Assembly: GCA_964372275.1 (NCBI GenBank)
Contig: CAYJRR010000007.1
Location: forward strand, 1 to 64,000
Reading direction: 5' to 3'
DNA from: an uncultured bacterium
GTDB lineage: Bacteria > CAYJRR01
Length of the DNA stretch: 64,000 nucleotides
The notes beneath the pieces were generated by a model. The model saw nothing but the letters and a program-made list of their open reading frames with translations, was not told the DNA's origin and ran no database searches. This document shows, piece after piece, positions 56,993-64,000 of the stretch; position 1 is the stretch's first letter; every line of letters begins with the position of its first letter. The position numbers and the translations under genes were made by a program.

Positions 56993-59895
56993 ACGCCCGC
57001 CGCCTCATCGCGGGAACGGTCGTCGTCGCCGGCTGCCTTCCGACCCGGGACAATCCGAACGACACCCAGAACCGCCCGGCGGCGGTGCTGCGCGTCGTCG
57101 ATCACACCGAGTCGATCGATCCGGCGACGGGTATCGCCAACTGCTCCGACGACTTCGGCGCCGCCGTCGAGTATCCCGACTTCGGCGTCGCGTCGCGCGG
57201 CCGGTGCCTCGCCTTCGACGCGCGCGGCTCGACCGATCCGAACGGGGAGGCACTCCGTTTCCGCTACGAGGCGGCCGGAGTCGAGCTCGCCACGTCGGAC
57301 GATCCGGTGTTGCTGATCGACGGGACGACACGCCGCGCGATGCCGACCGGCGTCCCGATCCCGTTTTCGGTCGCGGCGATCGATCCGCACGGCGTCGAGG
57401 ATGTCGCCACCGCGACGGCGACACTCCTCAACGGACGTCCGGTGGTCTTGGCCGAGCCTGCCTACTACCTTCCGCTTGGAGGCTACGCGTGGTCCCCGGC
57501 GGCGGACCACTTGCACCCGTTCCGCGTGCCGTTCGCCTACGATCCCGACGGCGATCCGCTCGACGTCTGCTGGACCTTTCCCGACGAATCCGAGCCGATC
57601 TGCCGGCGCGATCCGCTCGATCCCGACTTCACCCGCGCCCTCCCGTCGGATCTGGAGCGACGGTACGTCGCCGAGGTCTACGTCACCGACAGCGCCACCC
57701 GATCGAGCCCCGCCACGGCCGAGGTGCGAGTCGGTCACGGACCGGTCTGGTCGTTCTCCTACGCCGACGGGCTCGTCGAGCACCTGGACGGACTCGACCG
57801 TACGGTCGTCTTTCCGACCGGCGCCGACGCGACGAGCCACCTTCCGCCGGAGGCGGCGGCGATGTTCGGACCGGCGTCGAACCGGCGGATCGTCGCGGCC
57901 GTCCGCAGCGTCTACGGCTTCCCGGAGGCGGTCTTCGGCGGCCTGCGGGTCGCCGTCTCGAACGCCGACGGATCCTCGCAGGCGGTCGCCCCCGCCTCGC
58001 AAGCCGCGGAATGGTTCTGGGCCCCCGGCGCGAGCGGCATGGCGCTCGCCGGGAACGAGGACGGGGACCGCGTCTGGGCGGTCGGATCGCGTCCCGGCGA
58101 CGGCGACTACTCGCTCACCGTGTTCCAGGACGCCGGGCAGAGCCTGGCCGAGATTCGCCACGAGGTGCTGCCGATGACGGAGGGGGGCGCGCTGGCGTTG
58201 CTCCTCGCCGTCGGCGGCGATGGCACCGCCTGGACGACCGCGCTGCTCGGAACCGCGCTGCACGCCGTCCCGGAGACCGGCACCCGTTCGGGCATCTTCG
58301 ATCCCGAGCGCGCCTACACCGCGCTCGCCCGCCGTCCGGGGGACGGCACGGTCTGGGCCGTCGATGCCGCCAATCCGGAGGGGGGCGATGCATCGACGGC
58401 ATCGTTGCTCCGTCTCGGAGACGGAGGCGGTCCGCCGACGGAGGTCCTCCCCCTCGATCGCGCCTACGCCTACGGCCTCGCGTGGGCCAACGAGACCGAA
58501 GTCTGGCTCGGCGTCGCCGGCGAGGGGCTCTTCCTGCTGGACGTCGGGCTCCTCGAGGGCGGGGCGCCGCTGGGGGCCGCGGCGCTCCAGTTCTTCCCGG
58601 AGATCGCGGTCGACCATTCGTTCCGACCGGTCGTCGATCCGGTGTCGGGGGACTGCTGGGTGTCGGGCACCGACGCCGTCGGGAACTCCGTCCACCGCCG
58701 CGCCGCGAGAAACGGGTCGTTCGCCGAGATCCCGAACCAGGCCGGCTCGCTCCTGTTCGTCGACGACGCCGGCGGCCTGTGGTTCGGATTCGACGACGAG
58801 ACCGATCCCGCCGATCCGGCGCTCGCCTTCGACGTCGTGCGCAGCGGCACGCCGGCGCTCCAGACCGGCGTCTCGCTGCGCAAGACGTACCTCGGGATCC
58901 TGCGGCGCCCGGTCCTCGACCCGGCGACCGGCGGCGTATGGGTGGCGACGAGCTACCCGCCGACGCTGCTGCTCCTCTCCGCCGACGGGCGCGCGCATCG
59001 CATCGTCAACGCCGCGTCGGACGGCGACGACGCGGTTCCGCTCGGGATGCTCGGGACGCTCGCCCTCACCCCCGATGGCCGTTGGATGTGGGCCTTCGAA
59101 GAGAGCGATTCCGGCCCGCTGCGGATCGTCCGGTTCGACCTGTCGGTCGACCCTCCGGCGTTCGACGAGGTTTTCGGCGATGCGGCGCTGATGACGGAGT
59201 TCGACAACAACCGCGTTCTCCTGCCGTCACGACCGGTCGCGACGGCGGGCGATTTCGCCTGGGTCGTCCGCGGGTACGGAACGTCCGGATTCGTCGCCGC
59301 CACGCTCGATGCCGGCGGGACGCTGACCGACCGCTTCACCGTCCCGCCGACCGAGCACGAAGGGGTCGGCGTCACCTACTTCGCGCCGGGGGCCGCACTC
59401 GACCCGGTGACCAACGACCTCTGCTTCGTCACCGTCTCGAACACCAGCGGCGGCGCGGTCGTGCGACGCCTCTCGCCGGCCGGCGCCGTCGCGGAGCTCG
59501 GACAGGTCCCGATCGGCGGTCTCTTCGGGACGCCGCAGCTGGGCGAACTGCACGCCGCGACCTCGTTCGACGCGGACGGCGGATCGCTCTGCTGGGTCGT
59601 CCATTCGTTCTCGGGTCCGAACGTCGGCACCCGCGCCGTGGTCTCCGCCCTCCGCCCCGACGGGGAGGTCGCGCACACCTTCGTGCAGGACGATGTCCAG
59701 ATCAAACGGGTCCGCCCCCTGGGCGAGGATCGGATGTGGATCCTGCGCGTGCCGCTGGACGGCGGACCGGACGACTCGCTCAGCCAGAAGGTGCGCGTCG
59801 ACTTCGAGAACGGCGTCCTCACCTCCAGCGGAACGATCGTCCTCGCCCCCAGCGGCGATGAATCGTTCGACCTTCTCGTCCCGGTCGGGAACTAG
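56989..59895 (+). CDS. Large lipoprotein with PKD-like N-terminal domains and beta-propeller repeats
   Basis: AGC lipobox then RDNPND; FDARGSTDPNGE, AYDPDGDPL; repeated DPxxGxxWV blades. Confidence 0.65.
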   Translation: MNARRLIAGTVVVAGCLPTRDNPNDTQNRPAAVLRVVDHTESIDPATGIANCSDDFGAAVEYPDFGVASRGRCLAFDARGSTDPNGEALRFRYEAAGVELATSDDPVLLIDGTTRRAMPTGVPIPFSVAAIDPHGVEDVATATATLLNGRPVVLAEPAYYLPLGGYAWSPAADHLHPFRVPFAYDPDGDPLDVCWTFPDESEPICRRDPLDPDFTRALPSDLERRYVAEVYVTDSATRSSPATAEVRVGHGPVWSFSYADGLVEHLDGLDRTVVFPTGADATSHLPPEAAAMFGPASNRRIVAAVRSVYGFPEAVFGGLRVAVSNADGSSQAVAPASQAAEWFWAPGASGMALAGNEDGDRVWAVGSRPGDGDYSLTVFQDAGQSLAEIRHEVLPMTEGGALALLLAVGGDGTAWTTALLGTALHAVPETGTRSGIFDPERAYTALARRPGDGTVWAVDAANPEGGDASTASLLRLGDGGGPPTEVLPLDRAYAYGLAWANETEVWLGVAGEGLFLLDVGLLEGGAPLGAAALQFFPEIAVDHSFRPVVDPVSGDCWVSGTDAVGNSVHRRAARNGSFAEIPNQAGSLLFVDDAGGLWFGFDDETDPADPALAFDVVRSGTPALQTGVSLRKTYLGILRRPVLDPATGGVWVATSYPPTLLLLSADGRAHRIVNAASDGDDAVPLGMLGTLALTPDGRWMWAFEESDSGPLRIVRFDLSVDPPAFDEVFGDAALMTEFDNNRVLLPSRPVATAGDFAWVVRGYGTSGFVAATLDAGGTLTDRFTVPPTEHEGVGVTYFAPGAALDPVTNDLCFVTVSNTSGGAVVRRLSPAGAVAELGQVPIGGLFGTPQLGELHAATSFDADGGSLCWVVHSFSGPNVGTRAVVSALRPDGEVAHTFVQDDVQIKRVRPLGEDRMWILRVPLDGGPDDSLSQKVRVDFENGVLTSSGTIVLAPSGDESFDLLVPVGN

Positions 59896-61478
59896 AGCGC
59901 TTCGAGGAACGCGGTGACGTCGTCGACGTCCTCCGCGTCGAGGACGATCGGTCCGCCGGTGAAGGCGGCCAGGAACAGGCCGGCGGGGGAGGCGGCGAAC
60001 TCGGCGCCGGTGTAGAAGGCGACCGAGTCTCGAAGCGTGGCGGCGGCGCCGTTGTGGAAGAAGGGCGGGGTGGCGCCGAGCGCGGCCACCGTCGGAAGGA
60101 CGTTGAACGGACCCGGGTCGGGTGGAAGGTCCTGGCTGAAGGCGAGGTCGTCGACGCCTGTATCGGCGTTGAAGGTGTTTCCGAGCGTCGGTCCCTGGTG
60201 ACAGAAGGTGCACTTTCCCGCGCTCCCGCCGATCGCGGGAAGGCCACCCACGCCGGCGCGGAACAACGCCGCGCCGCGCTGCTCCTGTGCCGTCACGGCG
60301 AGGGCGAACGGATCGAAGCCCGGGTCGGCCACCGCGTCCGGCAGTAACCGCGATTGCATGAACGCCTCCATCGCCTCCAGCTCTTCGATCGTCGGCAGAC
60401 GGAAGTCGACGCCCGCTTCGCGGTTGAGCGTCTTCGGGAAGTGCTGGAAGACGGCCCCCAGCGCGAACGCCTGCAGGTCGGGCACGTCCCCGCCGAAGCC
60501 GAACGGGGCGCTCAGGCGAGTGTTGAACGCCGTCGGCGTGACCCGCCGGACCGACTTCGACTGCGGATGCTCGCAGCCGTCCACGTCGCAGACGACGTCG
60601 GCCGGATCGAGGCAGGTCGTCGCGGCATTGCCGTCGTCGGTTCCCGGAAAGCCGCACACTTCGTCGATGCCGCGCTGGTTCTCGAGGATGAGGCCGAACG
60701 CGAGGAGACGTGGAGGATCCTCGAACAGGCCGGGGGGGAGGTCGGGGTTCGACGCGCCGGTCTGCGGATTCTGCGACACGAACAGCGGATCGGTCGGGCT
60801 CGACGCGGCGAGCGCCGCGATGAACGCCGGCGTGATCGCCAGGGCGACCTCCTCGCGGTGGCAGGTCCCGCAGGTGCGTCCGTTCCCCCGGAAGCGCTCC
60901 TTGAAGAAGAGCTTGCGGCCCCGCTTCTCGAGATAGGCGGTGCCCGACGATCCCCCGGTGGACGACTCTGCCGATCGCCGCATTTTTGATGCGACGTTCA
61001 GAAAACCGGCGATGGCGACCGGGGTCGGAGCGCCGGACGGCGGGGGCCCGTCGCGGCTCGGTACGGCGACGACCGCGACCATGTCGACGGAGAACGACCC
61101 GAGCGCATCCCGTGCGGCGTGGGCGTGGAGGGCGCCGCCGGAATCGAGCGTCCCCATCGGGAGGATGCGGTCGACCGCGGGATCGATGGAAACGTCGTTC
61201 CCGGCGCCGGGGTGGTCGACGATCCACACCTCGTAGGCGGCGCCGTCGGGCGGTGCGCGCAGGCCGCGTGTTTCGACCGTCATCTCTCCCGTGTCGAGGT
61301 CGAGGAGCGCCGACCCTTCCGCCTCCGTGAAGCGTTCCGAGATCCCCGCCACGTAGCCAAGGTGGATCGCCGCCCGTCCCGCGCGGTCCGGATCGGTCGC
61401 GCACCCGGCCGCGATCCCCGCCGCCAGCGCCAACCCGCGCGCGAAACGTCGCACGCCTTCGCCGTTCCTGGATTCCAT
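59892..61478 (-). CDS. Di-heme cytochrome c lipoprotein (CcP/MauG superfamily-like)
   Basis: Lipobox AAGC; GRKLFF...GNGRTCGTCH; RGAALF...KCTFCHQG; TPPFFHNG. Confidence 0.8.
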   Translation of the reverse strand: MESRNGEGVRRFARGLALAAGIAAGCATDPDRAGRAAIHLGYVAGISERFTEAEGSALLDLDTGEMTVETRGLRAPPDGAAYEVWIVDHPGAGNDVSIDPAVDRILPMGTLDSGGALHAHAARDALGSFSVDMVAVVAVPSRDGPPPSGAPTPVAIAGFLNVASKMRRSAESSTGGSSGTAYLEKRGRKLFFKERFRGNGRTCGTCHREEVALAITPAFIAALAASSPTDPLFVSQNPQTGASNPDLPPGLFEDPPRLLAFGLILENQRGIDEVCGFPGTDDGNAATTCLDPADVVCDVDGCEHPQSKSVRRVTPTAFNTRLSAPFGFGGDVPDLQAFALGAVFQHFPKTLNREAGVDFRLPTIEELEAMEAFMQSRLLPDAVADPGFDPFALAVTAQEQRGAALFRAGVGGLPAIGGSAGKCTFCHQGPTLGNTFNADTGVDDLAFSQDLPPDPGPFNVLPTVAALGATPPFFHNGAAATLRDSVAFYTGAEFAASPAGLFLAAFTGGPIVLDAEDVDDVTAFLEAL

Positions 61479-61533
61479 GCCGATCGCATCTGCGACCCGA
61501 TCGACCCGGGGCAACCCGGAACGATCGGCGCGG

Positions 61534-61986
61534 TCACCTGCCGACGACGGCGAGTCCGTGGTCTGCCAATGCCGCGCGCGCGCCTTTGCGCGAGAGCGTG
61601 CGGCTTGCCGCGCGCACCTCGTCCGTCACCCACGCCGGAAACGGCGTCTGCACGGTGCGATGCGCGCCGCTGGCGGTGTGGACCTGTTCGATCGCCGCGA
61701 GTCGCGACGCTCCGATCTCGTCGGCGATCGCCACCAGTGCCGGCCAGAGGCGCCGATGCACCCAGGTGATCTTGTCGTCCACGAGGCGGAAGGCGAGGAC
61801 CTCGCCGGATTCGAGCACGTCGCCGAGCACGCGGAAGATCGTCTTCCCCTCGGGATGTCCCCACCAGCTTCCGCGCACGCGCTCGCCGGCGATGGCGTCG
61901 ACGAGCGTCGGTACTCCGTCGGACCGGCCGGAGACGAGGACGATTCCGTGCGTTTCGACGAACGCGATCGCCTGGCGTGTGGTCAT
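61534..61986 (-). CDS. Conserved hypothetical protein (possibly winged-helix, AlkZ-related)
   Basis: AIAFVETHGIVL, LVDAIAGERVRGSWWGHP and RLVDDKITWVHRRLWP. Confidence 0.65.
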   Translation of the reverse strand: MTTRQAIAFVETHGIVLVSGRSDGVPTLVDAIAGERVRGSWWGHPEGKTIFRVLGDVLESGEVLAFRLVDDKITWVHRRLWPALVAIADEIGASRLAAIEQVHTASGAHRTVQTPFPAWVTDEVRAASRTLSRKGARAALADHGLAVVGR

Positions 61987-62098
61987 CGGTGGGCGGATTG
62001 TGACGATTCGGTGACAACGAGAAAACCAGTAGCCAACGATCCCCCTCGTCCCTAGCATGCGCGTCCTTTTCAACGAGAGAGGCCATGGGGGGCCATAC

Positions 62099-63691
62099 AT
62101 GAATCGGATCACGCGTTCGTTTTCGATCGTCCTACTGTCGGTGATTGCCGCCTGCGACGGCGGCGACAAGAACGAGAACTCGTCGAGCACGCCCGAACCG
62201 GTCGACCAGGAGCCGGTCGTCTCGGCGACGGCCAACGTCACGGCGGGGATCGCCCCGCTCGAGGTGGAGTTTCGCGGCGTGGCGGCGGGGGGAGACGGGG
62301 AGCTCGAGCTTTCCTGGGAGTTCGGCGACGGCCAGGGCGCCGGCGAGGCCGAGACGAGCCACGTCTACGAGACGCCCGGCACCTTCGAAGCCTCCTTCAT
62401 GGCGGTCGACGAGGACGGCGACGAGGCGATGGCGCTCGTCCGGATCGTCGTCGCCTCGGCGACGCAGCCGGCGGTGACGGCCGGCGCCGACCAGACGACC
62501 GGCGTGGCGCCGCTCGCGGTGCAGTTCACCTCCGAGGTCGTCGGCGGCGAGGCTCCGGTGACGATCGCCTGGACCTTCGGGGACGGCGAGACCTCCACCG
62601 ACGAGGATCCCCTTCATTCCTATCTCACCCCGGGGAACTACGGGGCGACCGTCACGGCGACGGACGCCACCGGGGACGCCGCCTCGGCGACCCTGCTGAT
62701 CTCGGTCGGATCGGACAACGTTCCGGTGGTCGCGATCGGAGCGACGCCCGTCTCGGGCGCATCGCCGCTGACGGTCGACTTCACCGCCACCGCCGCGGGC
62801 GGCGACGCGCCACTCGGCTTCGCCTGGGACTTCGGTGACGGCCAGACCGGAAACACCCCGAACGTCTCGCACCTCTACACCGCCAACGGCAGCTATGCGG
62901 CGAAGCTGGTGGTGACGGACGCCGACGGCGACTCGGCGGAAGCGACCGTCACGATCGTGGTGAACGAGCCGCAGACCACCGAGACCAAGCCCGACCTCCA
63001 GCTCTCCAACTTCGGCTTCACCCAGACGGGATTGAAGGACGTCTACGAGCCGAACGACGTCTCGCCGCACTACCTCGGCGATTACGGATCGGGGAGCGCG
63101 ACCTACACCATCACCAGCGCCTACATCGATCCGGTCGACGTCACCTACTTCGCGGACGTCACCAACTTCGGCGCGACGCTCAACACCTCGTTCGACGTCG
63201 ACTTCTACCGCAACCTGGCGGGTGCGCCCGCGGCGGAGATGCTCGGCGACGACTGGGAGACGGTCACCAACCTCCAGACCAACGGCGTGAAGCGGCTCTA
63301 CTTCACCGTCCCCGGCTTCCCGGCGAACCAGACGCAGCGGTCGTTCGTGCGGATCGACACCTTCGACCAGATCGAGGAGTCGGTCGAGGACAACAACCTT
63401 TCCGACGGGCTGGACGTGACGATCCCCGGTGACGAAGACTGGTTCGCGGTCTACGAGCAGACCGGCTTCCTGCTGCAGATCGAGCTCGACCAGGTCCCGG
63501 GGGACTACGACCTGGAGCTCTACTACCAGGACGGTTCGCTGCTCGCGTACTCGGACAATCCCGGGTTCGCCGAAGAGACGATCGACTACCTGACCGACAA
63601 GCCGAACGGCCTCTACTACGTCCGCGTCTACGGGGCCGACGGCGCGCAGGACGCCGCCAACCCCTACCGGCTGACGATCGTCGTTCCCTAG
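62099..63691 (+). CDS. Lipoprotein with three PKD domains, a CARDB-like region and a PPC domain
   Basis: IAAC lipobox; 3x W(E/T/D)FGDG...H.Y; IEESVEDNN; DEDWF...DYDLELY...YYVRVYG. Confidence 0.85.
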   Translation: MNRITRSFSIVLLSVIAACDGGDKNENSSSTPEPVDQEPVVSATANVTAGIAPLEVEFRGVAAGGDGELELSWEFGDGQGAGEAETSHVYETPGTFEASFMAVDEDGDEAMALVRIVVASATQPAVTAGADQTTGVAPLAVQFTSEVVGGEAPVTIAWTFGDGETSTDEDPLHSYLTPGNYGATVTATDATGDAASATLLISVGSDNVPVVAIGATPVSGASPLTVDFTATAAGGDAPLGFAWDFGDGQTGNTPNVSHLYTANGSYAAKLVVTDADGDSAEATVTIVVNEPQTTETKPDLQLSNFGFTQTGLKDVYEPNDVSPHYLGDYGSGSATYTITSAYIDPVDVTYFADVTNFGATLNTSFDVDFYRNLAGAPAAEMLGDDWETVTNLQTNGVKRLYFTVPGFPANQTQRSFVRIDTFDQIEESVEDNNLSDGLDVTIPGDEDWFAVYEQTGFLLQIELDQVPGDYDLELYYQDGSLLAYSDNPGFAEETIDYLTDKPNGLYYVRVYGADGAQDAANPYRLTIVVP

Positions 63692-63696
63692 GGACG

Positions 63697-64000
63697 GTGC
63701 GCGTCGCGAACGTCGTCGCCGCCGCGCTCTTCGCCCTTTCGGTCGCGGTCCAGCACAACGACCCCGATCCGATCCGGTGGATGGCGATCTACGGCGCGGC
63801 GCTGGGCGTCTGTATCGGCTGGGAACGCGGGGCGCGCGTACGGGCGCCGGCCTGGACGGTGGCGGCAATCGCCACCGTCTGGGCCGCCGCGGCCGCCCTC
63901 GGGACGCGGCTCACCGCCGGCGCCGTCGACGCGTTGACCGACTGGACGATGCACGCCGGCGGCAGCGAGGAGCTTCGCGAATCGCTGGGTCTCGCGCTGG
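63697..64000 (+). CDS. Transmembrane 220 family protein (runs off the window; absent from the ORF track)
   Basis: GTG start; VRVANVVAAALFALSVAVQHNDPDPIRWMAIYGAA with the QxNDPD motif; EELRESLGL at the window end. Confidence 0.75.
   Translation, partial: MRVANVVAAALFALSVAVQHNDPDPIRWMAIYGAALGVCIGWERGARVRAPAWTVAAIATVWAAAAALGTRLTAGAVDALTDWTMHAGGSEELRESLGLAL

Noticed and set aside
1-64000. tRNA, rRNA, transposase, integrase or defence genes
   Set aside because: None recognised by eye; tRNAscan-SE and HMM searches would be needed to exclude them formally.

Overview
Very GC-rich bacterial sequence, most likely Myxococcota/deltaproteobacteria-like (mglBA, a MYXO-CTERM protein, many lipoproteins). 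It comes from a scaffolded assembly with two 10-N gaps (33420-33429, 35852-35861). 1-20 kb is mostly housekeeping and envelope genes: partial asnB, Fe/Mn SOD, a PfpI homologue lacking its catalytic Cys, PBP1A with an N-terminal Zn ribbon, sixA, sugar enzymes, mglBA, recR, dnaX, a tandemly duplicated SRP RNA, MOSC, REC-EAL and an unannotated 58-aa Zn-finger-like microprotein. 19.9-41.2 kb is a lipid biosynthetic cluster: a PUFA-synthase-type iterative PKS whose enoyl reductase (PfaD) is fused in frame to PfaA, then PfaBC, oleA-oleB-oleC-oleD and a convergent PPTase, predicted to make long-chain (poly)unsaturated hydrocarbons. The PKS linkers carry repeated palindromic DNA elements read in frame. 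The pfaD-A gene also contains a C7 frameshift and an argS fragment bounded by an 8-bp direct repeat, both probably assembly artefacts. 41.5-64 kb is an accessory region: a four-gene operon with two HExxH metallopeptidases and a circularly permuted ATP-grasp ligase, many secreted or lipoproteins (several behind sigma-54-like promoters), TetR/desaturase, mgtE and a di-heme cytochrome c. All calls are by-eye motif recognition; no database searches were run.
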